A stretch of 64,000 nucleotides of DNA from the human T2T-CHM13v2.0 reference genome, Homo sapiens: the NCBI RefSeq assembly GCF_009914755.1, contig NC_060944.1. One strand, given 5' to 3'. The notes under the pieces are model-generated. The model saw only the letters and a program-made list of their open reading frames with translations. It had not been told where the DNA came from and ran no database searches. Shown piece by piece: positions 43,636 through 59,343 of the stretch. The position numbers and the translations under genes are program-made. Positions within the stretch are counted from its first letter, which is position 1, and each line of letters starts with the position of its first letter.

Positions 43636-44450
43636 AGATAGCAAATTAAAGATGACCACAAATTCTTTAACACTCCTTCCACAGAGACGTGAGGCCCATG
43701 TCCCCTCCCTTTCATCTACATGGACTGTATGACTGCTTTAGCCAGTAGAATAGAGTGGAAGAGACCTAGCCACTATCAGACCCGGGCCCAAGAGGCTGAC
43801 AGTTAACAATTCCCATCTCTTGAAACATTTCACTCTTGGAGCCCTGAGTAGGCATATGAGAAGTTCAACTACCTTATTAACCAGAAAACAGAACAAGAAG
43901 TCCCATATGAGCCCAGCTTTCCTTTCCAACTGCCCTCATCAAGTAGCAGGCATCTGAACGAAGTCATCTTGGACCTTGCAGACCAACCAGTGCTGGTGGG
44001 CTGAATAATGACTTCCCCAAGGATGTCCTAATCCCCAGAATCTGCGAATGTGTTACCTTCCAGGGCAAAAGAGACATAACAGATGTGATTAAGTTAAGGA
44101 TGTTGGGATAGAAAAATTATTTTGGATTATCCAAATGGTCCCAATATAATCCAAGGGTCCTTATAAGAGGGTGGCAGGAGGATAAGAGACAAAGAAGGCT
44201 AAGTGATGATGGAAACTGGGAGAAAAGGTGGTGTGATGCAGGGCCACAGCCAAGGAATACAGGTGGCTTCTAGAAGCTGGACATGGCAAGAACACAGGAT
44301 TCTCCCCTAGAACCTTGAGAAGGAACACAGATCTGCCAATAACTTGATTTTGGATTTCTGACTTTCAGAACTGTAAGATAATAAATTTGTACTGTTTCAA
44401 GACATTAAGTTTGTGAGAATCTGCAATAGTGGCAGTAAGAAACTAACACA
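43636..44450 (+). mobile_element. MLT1G/H-like LTR fragment followed by MLT1C/D LTR (~43991-44450)
   Basis: aaagatgaccacaaattctttaacactcc; gatgtgattaagttaagga...agaactgtaagataataaattt...gaaactaacaca. Confidence 0.75.
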
Positions 44451-44660
44451 ACAACTTACTGTGAGGTATAGTGGCAGTCTCTAGAATGGTAGTGGCCATT
44501 TCTAGGGACAGTCAACTGCAGGGTATGATGGCACAGAAGGTACAAATGGCTGTCAGCCCAGCACTCTTTCTCCCTCCCTACCAGAACCTCAGTCCTCTGT
44601 GTGCCTCCTCCCATGCACCTCAACTGACTTGCAGGAAGCTGACCCCATCCACAGTACTAG

Positions 44661-45022
<362 letters not shown>

Positions 45023-45702
45023 CCTAATTGATTCCAAAGTTCCAACCTTTAAGATGTTAAAAAAGCTAGATAGTAAAAGTAGATGACTCACAACTGTGAA
45101 GAGTCAAGTAAAAGAAAAAATCAGAAGCTGGAAGCAGTGGTTAATTTGCTGTTCTTTCTACTTCTCATCATCCAGATGTACTTTTCAAGAATGAGCTACT
45201 TATTTTCAATAAATACAGGTGATGGTTTTCTGACCTTTTTAAACCAGAGAGGAAAGGTTACACCCATTAATTAAGACTTTTTTGAACTGAGTGACAATCA
45301 CTTAAGATGTGATGTAAATTTGCCAAAGAGCATGACTGAGTTTCCTACACATAATTTCATACAGATTTTTGTCTGCCTGATAAGTGAATAAAGGTATCTC
45401 ATCATGGTTCAGAACTAACTGCATTTCTCTGACTGCCGGTGAAATCAGGGGTCCCTGTAGTCTGCCTTCTATGAGCTGCCCTTTCATCTCCTTAGTCTAT
45501 TTTTCAGTGGGGTTGTTTGTCTTCTTACCAGTCCATGGGTACTCTTTACATAGCAGAGATATTAACTCTTTTAACAGTCACAATGTTACTTCATAGTCTA
45601 TTGATTGGATTTGGCCTTCTGTAGTCTTTAGACATAAAAATCTTTCACTTTTTTTTTTTTAAATAAAGTCAAACCTCATTTCTTCCACGGCTACTGGGTC
45701 TT

Positions 45703-46152
<450 letters not shown>

Positions 46153-46204
46153 TAGTCTACCACTTCCCAAATTTAGACACTCTCCTGGATTTTCCCTTCT
46201 CTTA

Positions 46205-46470
46205 CAGTCTCGCTCTGTCGCCCAGGCTGGAGTGCAGTGGCGCGATCTCCGCTCAGTGCAAGCTCCGCCTCCTGGGTTCATGCCATTCTCCTTCCTCAGT
46301 TTCCTGAATAGCTGGGACTACAGGTACCCGCCACCACGCCCGGCTAATTTTTACTAGAGATGGGGTTTCACCATGTTAGCAAGGATGGTCTCGATCTCCT
46401 GACCTCATGATCTGCCTGCCTCAGCTTCCCAAAGTGCTGGGAATACAGGTGTGAGCCACCGTGCCCAGCC
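46205..46470 (-). mobile_element. AluY lacking poly-A tail
   Basis: Alu body begins cagtctcgctctgtcgccc with no T-run. Confidence 0.88.
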
Positions 46471-48110
46471 TACATTTCTTCATTATTTTGTTTTTATTGT
46501 AGACCTTAAATAAATCTGACATTTGCTTCAGTATGTTGTAAGAGGCAAGGTTCTAGCCAACTATTCCAATACCATTAATTAATGATTCTTTCTTTTAATC
46601 TTGACTGACATCCTGTGGGGGGATGTGTATGTGTATGAAGGAGAGAGAGAAAGAGATTGCAGGATTGCAGATTTGATTAGATGTTCAATACTAATCTCAG
46701 TCTCATTCCTTTGAAGCAACCTGTCTGGAAACCTATACTACTGTCTCTTAATTCCTGAAAATCAAATGTCTGTTTAGGTTTGTATCTTGATACTTTTTCC
46801 TGGGACTCAAAGACCCTTTAAGTTTGAGGCACACCTTTTTATTTTTTTTTTTCAGTTCAGATAAACTCTTATTATTTGTTCAATTATTCTCATTCTCTTC
46901 TTCTTCCACCCACCTAATATTTGTAAGGTAGGGACCTGTACTTAGATCTTGTCTACTAATTTCTGATTTCGAACTCTAAGTTTTTAGTCACTGTCATGGG
47001 ATCTTTTTTCAGAAAACTAATTTTTTTCCCAGCAATAATCATTATCATTTTCATTTTATTTGCTAATTTTTTAAACTAAGACATTTAAAGGTTTCTTAAA
47101 ACTTTCTTTCAGCAAGTCTTTCATTGTTCTTACTGTAACTGCACCTCCCTCAGATCTTAAAAATAAGTTCTCCTCTAACTCTTCAGTGACTTCTCCCCAG
47201 TGGAGCCGCATGCTCTAGACTGTTTGGTGTTCCTCCATCAAGGTTCCTAATAACCTTGAAGCACAAGAGCCACTTATCTGCCTCCTCAGGTCTGTGCATT
47301 CTTTCAGCTCAGGCCTAGGTCGGAGTTCTGAGACTTCTAGGGCATCGGCAAATCTGCAGTCAGTGGACCAGACTTCCTATCCCTGTTCTTGGGGACAATA
47401 AACAAAAGAGCACACAACACCATGATCCCTTAGCGAAGTGGCTGCTCTCTGACCTCCACAAATGGTAGTGCTCCACCAAGTCCCTAAGTAACTCAGCCTG
47501 TTGGGAAAGACCCCAATTGTGTATGGCTGACCAAGGCCAAGAGAGAAAAAGCACAACAGGCCCCACACAAGGAGAGGTCTCTTCTGAAGGCCTCTGGGAA
47601 GAGGTGGGCTTCTCTTCTAGGGGCCCCACCATTGCTCAACAGCCAGCCCCAAATCCTGAGCTGCTGATCTACTTCCCTCTCCTGAGATGCCAGAGGGTGC
47701 TCGGCAGCTTCACAGGTCCTTTCCAGGGGCCACTTACAGTTTCCTAAGTGCCTTCCAGCTACTGGGGCTTGGTGAAAGCAAGACAGGCCTCTGTTCTCAT
47801 GCTCAGAGGCCACTGGTACTCAAGTGAGGAGAATGAGGAGGAGCCAGGAGTGTGCACACAACAGCTATCTTCTCAAAATGGCTCCCGAGATTGCATCATC
47901 ATGGCAGTCCCAACAATGCACAGCAAGTGATTCAAACTCACAACTCCCTCTGAAACCTTGGCATTACAGACAGGGTAGGCCAATAAAATCACTTACCTAT
48001 AACCAACAACTTGTAAGAACCAATAACTCTAACAATCAATAACTTTGGCTATGTTCCAGTGTATTTTATTACACAAGCATTAACAGATAAAAAGATGATG
48101 GATGGCATAC

Positions 48111-48310
48111 CTGGATGATTTTAGGCAATACATCAACTCCATTTTTAGTGTTTTGTGTTGCAGTTAGATACTTTTTTTCCAAAAAGAAGGTTACAATCCA
48201 CTTAATAAAAACAACACGAGCTGCCATATATGGAATCTTTGTACTGTAAATGTTCTCATTGTCTCGAGTGGTAGTAATGTACACAGGCTTTGGTCTCAAA
48301 TGGGGGATGT
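48111..48310 (-). CDS. RALGAPA2: RALGAPA2 exon ~9 (200 nt): DIPHLRPKP...VLPKIIQ
   Basis: ttctaccag|ACATCC...ATCCAG|gtatgc; inside ORF 48069..48329. Confidence 0.96.
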
Positions 48311-49232
48311 CTGGTAGAAGAAAGAACACATGATTGATTAGGTTAATAAATCATAACATTAAGTAATCCCTACAAATGTTTTGGTTTCCAATTAAATCCA
48401 ATTTTTGGTTGTCTAAATAGCAACTAAGAATGAAGAACCGCAATTATTTAAAATGGCATTTTTTTGGTAGGCTCCTTTCTGATTCCGCCTTGTGATCTGA
48501 CTGAGAATGAGTGATGATGGTGATTGTTTATGTATCTATGATATACAGCTATGGAAAAACTAAGCTAACAACTATTTTTAACAATTTTGATAAATTACAT
48601 GAGACTATAATAGTAAACATCTTTTCACATACATTATACCTAATTTAATTTTATTTTATAGCTGGAACAAATGTAAAAGTATATATGAACTTTTAAAACA
48701 TCATTTTAGGTATTTTAACATCTAACACTGCAGTGATTAAATCCACTGAACTTTAGAGGTTTATATCCTTTTCCCTTTAGATGAATCCAATGAAACAGAA
48801 TCAATATCATCTACTTTATATTTAAAAGAATTAAGAAAGTCACATTTCACCTTTGAGGCATCAAATGCTACCTTTTCCAAAGACTTAATAAGAAGTCAGT
48901 TTCTCATTCTTTAAATTCCATAATCAATATGAAAATTATATGGTATTGGATTTGAGATACTACTTGCCATAAGTTCAACTCTCTATCTTAATAATTTTTG
49001 TATATCTGGAATACCTGTATGAGGCAGAAAAATGATCAACAAATAACTTTTAATCTAGGAATATTAACAATATACCATGTTTTTAAAATGAATTTAGACT
49101 ACATATAAAATCAGAAACAAATTTTGAAAAAATATTCACATATATATAGCTAAAGAAATACATGTCCCAGTGCACCTAAAAGTCAGTAATTCTACATCTT
49201 TCAAAACTCACCAAGTTTTGGCTTCTCTCCCC

Positions 49233-49274
49233 GTGTGTGTGTGTGTGTATGTGTGTGTGTGTGTGTGTGTGTGT
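49233..49274. repeat. (GT)~21 microsatellite ((CA)n in pre-mRNA)
   Basis: Direct reading; one interruption. Confidence 0.95.
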
Positions 49275-50053
49275 ACGCATACATAGAAACACACAGAGTA
49301 CAGACAACTGAATCAGGTGACCATGTTCCCCAAAAAAGTAACATCTCGTGTCACCACTTCCCCTCCAAAACTGTTTTTAATTATTCATTTGAACTAGTTT
49401 TACCTGTTTTAAATAATAGGGAGAGGAAGATTTGACCCCCACCTTTACCACTCTAAGGGATGCTTCTGTCCTGTGAGTCCTCATTGCTTACAGAAGAAAA
49501 AAACATTAGGAGCCAAATTGGAAATTCCTTTCTGTTTCCTAGTCCTCTGGGGCTTACTGTCCATAGCTTGTCCAATCACCTAAAATTTGGTTCTCCATAA
49601 GCACCTGTCAGTAGTAGCTGCTGGATGCAGGACCCAGCATAAAATAAAAGGCATACAATGGCAGCTGTTTGCCTTGGGCTGGCCTCCAGTCACTGAGCAA
49701 AGCCTGAGGTCGCCATACCCCACCACCCACAAGGAAAGACTTCAGGAAATGCAGAGATTTTTACATTAAAAGATGACAATGTAATTATACCAAAAATATC
49801 ATAAATACATTTCAAATTATTTCTGAGTATAGGAGCCACGGTTCCCTTTTACTGCTGTAAGCTGAGGTATATCTTAGTTGGTACAAATAATTAAAATCAC
49901 TTATTAAGAAACTTTAAACATTTAATAATAAAGTTACCATTCAATACAAAAATAAAATGACTATTTTACTTTAAAATAATCAAAGGTCACTTTGAAAGAG
50001 ACTGCATAGCTTTCCTTTGGATATCCTCTATACACGGCTCCAACAGTACTTAC

Positions 50054-50192
50054 CAAGTACAGGTTTGTAGATGTTTGTTAACTTAGTAAATGATGGAAAT
50101 AAATGAGGAAGATAATACTTTCGAAACAATGTAAAAAGAAATTTAAAACCAGTATCTTGATTCTCCTTATTCTTCCACTCCAAGCTCGCAGC
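50054..50192 (-). CDS. RALGAPA2: RALGAPA2 exon ~8 (139 nt): [12 protein letters not shown]...NIYKPVL
   Basis: atccaaag|GCTGCG...GTACTTG|gtaagt; inside ORF 50028..50219. Confidence 0.96.
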
Positions 50193-52475
50193 CTTTGGAT
50201 AATATGTGGAAAAGAACATATGTATATTTATATTTCAAATTAACATATACTAAACTGAAGTGTTGTTATGTTACTAAAATTCCTAACCTAAATGTAAAAA
50301 ATGACAAATAATATTGACAATCATGTAATGAAATAATAACAAAGCTCAAAAGATGGCAGGAATGAATACTTCAAAACAAAACAGTAACTATGTTAAAAAC
50401 AGCATTTTTACTTAGAACCAAATTGCTCAATGATATCGTATCTTTTATAACGTGCTGTAATGTATCATGCCCATATTTTTTCTCTACGTTTTTTGTAATT
50501 ATCTAACATTCCTTGTGCCTTTAAAACATTTAGTCACAAACAATCAGGTGTTTTTTTCTAAACTCAGAAAAAGGCCATTTATAATAAATAGAAATTAAAG
50601 AAACAATCCCTCTCAAGAATTTCAACCAATGTTACCTACATGTAAAACCAATATCAAAAGGCAAAAGCCATGGAATCTTGGAAAATGCATTCTCCGTATT
50701 AAAAAAATTCAAAGGCTACGATAAACCAGACATGCCAGTCCACTATGGATTAAGTTTAAATGTTTCATTGTGTTGAGATAATATCCTCCCCCTCAAAAAC
50801 CCATCAGTGTTTGCATAGTGGGAGCACTCCAAAACTGCTCAATAGCTGGGACCGCCCCTCAGGAGCCAGGAGGACAGCCTGGTTACACAAGTGCAGTCAC
50901 CCCCAACATGACTTAGGGAAACACAGCCCTTAGATAAGACCTGTTGGTGGTTCTTAATGCTTGTTAGACCACAGAGCACTCTAAAGCAGGGCTTCCCAAC
51001 TTCCTTCCTGACATGCCCACTTAGAAAATGAAATTTGTGCAGCACCTGAGGTAAAGGGATGAGATGCTTTGGCTACCGCAGGGGCAGCGGGGTTCAGCAT
51101 CCATAACCTGCCAAAAGCTGTGCTCTGAGAACTCATCTCAATCGACAGAAGAGAAGGCAGAAGGGAGGCACAGATATGCACCTAAAACTCTGCACACAAT
51201 TAGGAAGTTCACAGTCTGCATGCAAACCTCTATCCTATATCAATTCCATCCGCCTTATCTGAGGTCACACAACTCATTAGTGACACACCTAGAATGAGAA
51301 CCCAAGGCCCCCAACACAAGTTCTGGATACTCTGTTGATTTTCCAGGATAAATTGAATGTCCAAACACTTCTGAACAGCTGGCATTTGAGATGCATCTAG
51401 AATGGGCCATTAGAGTTCAAATGTGGAGTTTCCAGAATATGAAAGCATGCCCCAGTCAGGTTCTCAGGATTGTGAAGTCCTGTGTTTCTGTTGCTGGCTA
51501 AAGGCAAAGGGGCAAGGAAAGGGGACAAAATTGCTAAGTATTCAGAAAGAGCAGCCAAGTACTGAATCTTGAGAGACAGCAGAGAAAAGCACAGTTCCCT
51601 AAAGAAAACTAGAAAGGAGTGAAAGGAAGGGAGGAGAATTGCCAGAGAAAATATCAGAAGAGGAGAGAATCTCATGAAGGAGGGGTAGTTAAATCCCCTC
51701 GAAGAATGAGGAGAGCAAAACCTGAAGTGTGCCCTCCTTCTGGGCTGACCCTAGAACCCTTGTGGTTTGGGGCTTGCCACTTTAGCAGTGACAGGGCAGA
51801 AGGCAGCTAACAGTGGGTGTCAAAAGAACATGAATGAGGATGTGAACTCAGTAGAGATTATTACTTCAACAACTCGGTTGTGAAGGGGAAGACAGATACT
51901 GGACAATACCCAGGATGAACTCAAGGACAAGAGAAGTATTTGCTGAGAAAAAAGAATCAGTACATTTTATTCTAACTATTATTCAGAAATCTAGACCAGG
52001 AGTCACAAATCTCCTATTAAAATCATAAACCAGTTACTTCAGTTCTGTAGGCAATTGGTGCATATGAGAAAAATAATACATGACATAAAGGAGGCCTGTG
52101 CCAATGGCATGAGGAGATTGCTCCATGTGCTTCCCTTCAGATCCCCTGGTCTGCTCTGCCTATTCCTGTCCACCTGTTCAGCCTCTGGGCCCGCCTCCTC
52201 CTTCAACCTGTCTTGCAAGCATAGAGATTAGGGGTAGGAAAGGAGTAAAGAGAGAAAAATGGTTTAAACACACTCACAAAATAGTACATACAGCTGGTCT
52301 TGCTGAAGTGACCTAAAAAATGGTACACACTCTGCATTTGCTGAAATATCACATAAAATCACCTCAAAGAAAAAGAAAGAGGAAAAATATAGATACACAG
52401 AGGGAAAAGAGGCAATATTTCCTCTTCCTGCTGAGAATAAACCCATCACTGAAATAGTCATAATTTTTCTCTGAC

Positions 52476-52591
52476 CTGAATAACCATATACTTCAACAGT
52501 ATTTGAAGAAAAAAGCAGGTTTGGTCCTCAGCAATCTTCTCCCCTGATATGGCTGGTAGGAGTGGAGTGATTTCTTCTGGATATATCTTTA
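52476..52591 (-). CDS. RALGAPA2: RALGAPA2 exon ~7 (116 nt): [13 protein letters not shown]...LLKYMVIQ
   Basis: cctttcag|TAAAGATA...ATTCAG|gtcaga. Confidence 0.96.
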
Positions 52592-53391
52592 CTGAAAGGA
52601 CAGAAAATGATGACAGCTCATTCACCAAAGTTAAATTTTAAACAGAATTTAGGGTTTTAAAAATGGTCTCTATTAAAATACATCTCTCCATCCACTGAAG
52701 CAGCTCACACTGAGGAGCACACTCCAAGGCAGTGTGCATAAAGGGCCTGGAAACACAGCCCAGATGCCCACGAAGCGCCTTCTCCTGCTGCACCATTCTT
52801 TCCCGTTCAAATTCTGCTTTGGTCAGCCCAAGATCAAATGCCAGTCATTAAGCAATAACGCAATATACAGTAATAAATCAATGGTCCTAACAGGCAAGTT
52901 CCTTGAAAACTCACAGGACACAAATGACCACCGTTAATAGTCCCATGAGGCCACTATTGTCCTTCCATAGATGATGCAGGAAAATACAGTGGCAAAATAA
53001 GATCCTGGTGAGCAGATGAATGTCCACTTACGAACAACAGTGATAAGAACAATAAAAACAATAGCTTTGGATGGTGGAGTTTAATCTCATTAACAGCCAG
53101 AAAACCAGTCCAGACTTCCCATGTGTCTCTACTTCGTGCTACTGCCAACATCTGTCCCCTCCTATTCCTGCTTCCATCACTTCAGTACATTTCTCCTGTT
53201 TTCATTTCATATAAAATAAGCTCCAAGTCTTTTGATTCTAAGGTATGTAAGAATCTACAGTGAATATGAAAGGGGAATAATTCCTCTTCAGACTCCATCA
53301 GGATTTCTATTCAAGAAAATGAAAAAGTAAGAATTCCTCAATGTAAGTTCAAGAGTAATTTCAACATGGGAGATCTGCTAACATAACTTAC

Positions 53392-53569
53392 CATCAGCTA
53401 CACTAGGGCTGGGATTGATGAGTGTCTCCAGTGTGCAAGGGCCCCTGGATGACATGACTGCTGGGAAACCAGGCACCAGGCAAGCAAAAATCAGAACCTG
53501 CTCTTCTGCACAGTTTGTCTGAAGTGCTTGAAGCCACAGAAGAAACAGCCTGATTCCTTCACATCTTAT
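53392..53569 (-). CDS. RALGAPA2: RALGAPA2 exon ~6 (178 nt): [16 protein letters not shown]...INPSPSVAD
   Basis: ttgttttag|ATAAGATGT...GCTGATG|gtaagt. Confidence 0.96.
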
Positions 53570-53719
53570 CTAAAACAAAATTAAAAACAATGAAAATGAA
53601 ACACATGTATTTACAGAAATGCATTACAATGTAGCATCGGTCTTGAGAAAGAAAAACTACAAGTTAAAGGTGTGTTAAGTAGTAAACCAAATTCTTCACT
53701 TAGTGACAAATAAGCAAAG

Positions 53720-53975
53720 ATGCTGCAATACAGCACAAGAGTTAAGAGCCTGGGTTCTGGAGCCAAAGTGCCTGGGTTCAAATGTAAGCGCTGCCACTTT
53801 CTAGCTGGGACCCATGGAGAACCACTTAACTTCTCCATGCCTTAGTCTCCCCATCTGTAAAATAAGGATGATAAGACATTTACCACAAAAGACTATGATA
53901 AAGACTGAGTTAACATATGTAAACCAAATAACACAATGGCTAACTCCCAGTAAGCACTATGTAAGTGTTTCCTGT
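53720..53975 (+). mobile_element. MIR
   Basis: gttaagagc...ctgggttcaaat...cttagtctccccatctgtaaaataaggatg. Confidence 0.8.
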
Positions 53976-54762
53976 TAATAGTATCTTATTCTGTAAGGCA
54001 ACAGTACCCACGGCCTCAATTATCCATAAAAACAATGACAAAGATAATCTCCCTCCAAATTTACATGTGCTATCACTATAATATGCCATGTTGATAATGT
54101 TCTTGAGAATCAGAAGATATGGAGCTAAATAACCTCAATGAGACAGAGCAGCTCTTCTTATACCTTATGTCCCTATTCTATTTCTCCAACACCTTTGCCA
54201 TGCTCTGAATTGCCAGCATCACGCTGTAGGAGACATCTACATAGGGAGATGTGTCCTTTTTCTTTCTTTACACTTCAAATTTATCCCATTCCTAGAATTC
54301 AAAAGCACATGTCCCTCCATTTCTGTATTCCTAAATAACTGAAAAGATTATGTCAATAAAAAAAAAAAAGCAAAAGAGGTTGAAAAAATGTCACATGCAG
54401 CTGAAAGATGTAGTGAGCTCCAAATGCCAGCAACTGGAGTGACTGCCTCATCTCCTTTCAATTAATTCAAGGTGGTGCTGACTCCACCAGAGCAAGAATA
54501 TTGCAAGTCAAACACAAAGCTTTGCCAGAAAACCAAACCAAAAAGTGGAGAAAAGCCTAAATAAATAAATAAAAATATTCTGCTTTCTCCCAATAGAAGC
54601 CAAAATACACTAGGACAGACACCCCAGCTGGTGACAGTACTGCCCCATTAACGGGGTAAATTCACAGTGTACTTCCAAACACAGTCCTGGACTCCACCAC
54701 TGTTCTGCACAAACCTCCATGCCCACTCACACCTGTCCTCCTCTCCCAAGCAGGTAAAATGA

Positions 54763-55230
<468 letters not shown>

Positions 55231-56191
55231 TGAACAAGAGGGAAGTTTCTATGAAATTCTACCACAAGTCTCCAATTGTTATATGTTAACTGTATTTAAG
55301 AGAACTAAATATAAATAAGGGTAGTTATAAACATGAGATTAACAACCTGATAGGTTTTAACTACAAGCCTATTTCCTTAAAATAAGAGGGACAAAATATA
55401 GAATCTACAGTGACGCTAGGAATAACTCACTTCGTTTTTTTTCAACATGTAAGAAATAGTTAACATATCAAGTTTTCAGAGGCTGTGATTGTTTAAGCCA
55501 ATGTAAACCAACCAATATATTAGCTTATTAAAGGCATTCGCACAACTTAATTAACTCCAAGTGAATTACCTTTCATAAAATATTCATCCCAGGCTGAATT
55601 TTTTCTGCCATTTATGTTTTAGGGTAATCTTATCTCAGCATCAAGAAGTATATGTTATAATAAAAGACATATCCATTTCAAAATAAACCAATTTTAACCT
55701 ATAAATCTGCCACAAATAAATATTCAAGAGTGAGACCCTGTTGTTCTTTTCTCCCACAATGGCTCTCACAATTAGTAAAATTAATTAGAGACAACTATAA
55801 TTTTAACAACCAGGTTACCAAGATGGACAGAATCAAGCATGTGAGCTCTGAAGCTTAGAGGGCGACTGCACTTCCTTTTTCTGATGATAAAACTGGAGCA
55901 GTCAGTGCCTTGCCCATGGTCCCTACCCATACCCAGCAGAATCAGAATTAGAACTCAGAACTCTAAACTCTGAAGCCCAACCCATTTTCTCCTAATACTA
56001 TTTAAAATGTCTCTCGCAATAAGTTATGATGTAAGAACAAAACCCTAACAATATAATTTCTCAATTAAAAATTAAAACTAAGTCAAGTGGTTTCTAAAGA
56101 TCTTTTTTCCAAAATGCCCTAACATTGTTACTTTGTGGCATTAACAAATTTAAGAGTAATAAAAAATGTCATTACACAATAAAATAAATAC

Positions 56192-56235
56192 CTTAATAGA
56201 ATTTCCAGTGTGTAGAAGCTTCTTTAAAGTTGAGC
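56192..56235 (-). CDS. RALGAPA2: RALGAPA2 exon ~5 (44 nt, phase 1-0): GSTLKKLLHTGNSIK
   Basis: aactttcag|GCTCAACT...ATTAAG|gtattt; too short for the ORF track, in frame with next exon. Confidence 0.95.
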
Positions 56236-57742
56236 CTGAAAGTTTAAAATAATGAATTATAAATAGAGTATATAAATGCATATCAAAGATCTATTTTAAG
56301 AAAATATGTACTTATGACAAAAATATACTTTTTAAAAATAAAAGGAAGAAGGCTGACCTTCAGAAGCAAAGCAATGTCACAGAGGGAAAGACGTTTTCAA
56401 GATAAAAGTACCTTAAGTATGTATCTCTTCAGAATTCTTTTAAAACAGTCAAAATGACTGATATTAAGGTAAGCCAAATGCCCACAGTGGATTATGCGCA
56501 TATATCTCTTGTCATGCATAAAATGGATGCTTTTTTTTTTAATCTCTAAAGGTAAAAATAATGTAAAACAATTGCTCACAAAACATTTTTACAAGAACAT
56601 TTTACAAATACTTAGAATGGCATGTTTCTCTCCTGGCAATGACAACCACATTTATGGGGTTTGGTCCATCAATAAATCCTCTAGCAGAGCGCTTTGGTCA
56701 CTGTCAAGGAGGCAGAATCAAGGCTGACTCGGAACTCCAGTCAACTACAAAAACTGGTGCTGCAGCCCACTAGAATGAGAAAAGCTTCTCTTAGGAGGAT
56801 AGAACACTATTACTAAGTCTTCTATAAATGTATTCATGACCTCAGTATGGAGATGGCAACCCCACCTAAATATCTTATGTAGCCTCTAAAACGGGATCTT
56901 AACCTCAAAAAAGGAGATGATCTTTTAAAACAGAAATATACTGAAAATCTGAGGCAAGAGAACTTTCCTCTCAGTCAAATTTCAGATCCTTTAAGAAAAA
57001 AATTACTTAGATCCTCTGATGAAAAGTTTGTGATAGCTCTTTAACAACTGGATATCAAATAATATTTACTCCACCAATGAATTTCATAGAGCTCCTCTAA
57101 CAAGAGAGCCAGTGTTTTGGCAACTGATACAAGCCACAGCTACATTGATAAATACATATATAATAACTAAATGCATACTCTTTAGAAATTCATTAGCCAG
57201 AAAAAAATCACTGGCAATCCGAAGGAACCTTTTAGAACGATTCTACTGTTCATAACAACTAACACTAGGGCTTGGAGGAAACTCATCATCATGACTCAGG
57301 CTAGGTTCTAGCACTTAAATAACTAATAGTTTGTGCTTGAGTGAATGAAGCGAAAGTGTCTCCCCTTCCCCAACTTCTCCCTTCACAAAACTGTATCCAG
57401 TAATTTTTGGTCTAGAGCCAACATTTACTAGGCTGGCTCTCTCTGTCACAGCTAAGGTTCAAGTGTCCATCTAGCCCACACCTTTCCTCAACCTGGGGCC
57501 TTGTTCTTTGTCCCCATGTTCATCCATTCTTGGAGAGTTTGTTCTAAGTCAGTTTAACATCTACTTCATTACACCTTATGGTGGCTGGCAGAGCCAACAG
57601 ATACTAGACCTCCCAGGAGACCTAATGATAAAGTCTGCACAGACAGTTCTCTTTCCAGCCATCTGGCTAATCCATCATCTTGCAACATATTCTTGGAAAT
57701 ACTTTCTCCTGGTCATTGTGTGTGAGCATTGGTGCTTGTTAG

Positions 57743-58100
<358 letters not shown>

Positions 58101-58354
58101 GTTAGTGTTGTTTTTTAAGTATTTGGACTACCTATAGATGCCTATAACCACTGTTCTCTACACACAGAGGAGAAAAATACATATAGAAAGGGCATTACAT
58201 GCAGACATATAGAACACATGACCCATATTGGTCAATGGTCCCAAACTTTTTAAAATTTATCTGGCAATTTGTTACAGCAGCAACAGAAAACTAATACATA
58301 TGTATTTGATCTAGTCTATTCTGTTGTAGTGAAAAACTCGTTTGTACATGGGAA

Positions 58355-58590
58355 GCAGTACAGCTTAGCAGTTATAAGTCAGATTCAGAAGCTAGACTGC
58401 TAGGGTTCAAATCTAGGTTCTGCATTTATTAACTGTAACCTAAGTTAGTAACTTCATCTCACTATGCCTGAGTTCTCTCATCTGTAAAATGAGGTGACAA
58501 TAGTACTTATCAGACAACTGACAGTGAGATTTAAACGAGTTAATACATATAAATGCACAGAACAGTGCCGGGTATGTGGTAAGCACATTT
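58355..58590 (+). mobile_element. MIR
   Basis: gggttcaaatct...tctctcatctgtaaaatgagg...agaacagtgccggg. Confidence 0.75.
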
Positions 58591-58742
58591 TCCACACAGG
58601 ACAGGGCATCAGCTATTCTCTAAGGAACTCTTTTTTAATAATAAAAAAAAAAAAAATTAGCAAGAAAAACATGTGCAGTGGAGGCACATAGCATGAGGAC
58701 TGGTAATAAGTAGCTGAGAACCTTGCTTGGCCTCTGTAGGGC

Positions 58743-59009
<267 letters not shown>

Positions 59010-59343
59010 CCTCTGTAGGTATTTTTTAAGGCCTTAAGTTCACAAAGATATTTCTACTTTAACATTATCAAGTCATTTCTCATTTTGTTTTAATTTTTAA
59101 GTTCCTCTATATATGTCATGCCTGTTTGGATTTTTAAACTTCTTATCCAAACTATAATTATACCCACCCCACCTCTTCTGTGCCTTGACCATGGGAATAA
59201 CTGAAAGAATAAGTAAATAAGATCTAATTACTTGGGCTGATTCTATGAATTTCTAATTTCTATTGGCTAACTTTTACTACATTTTAACCATAAATATCCT
59301 TTGAATGTAAGTCTTACTACTTTTGAAGAGGCAGTAAAAACGT

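Noticed and set aside
46480-47900. GC-richer block with overlapping ORFs
   Set aside because: Looks like a decayed - strand L1/HAL1 5' region; no coherent coding or promoter signal
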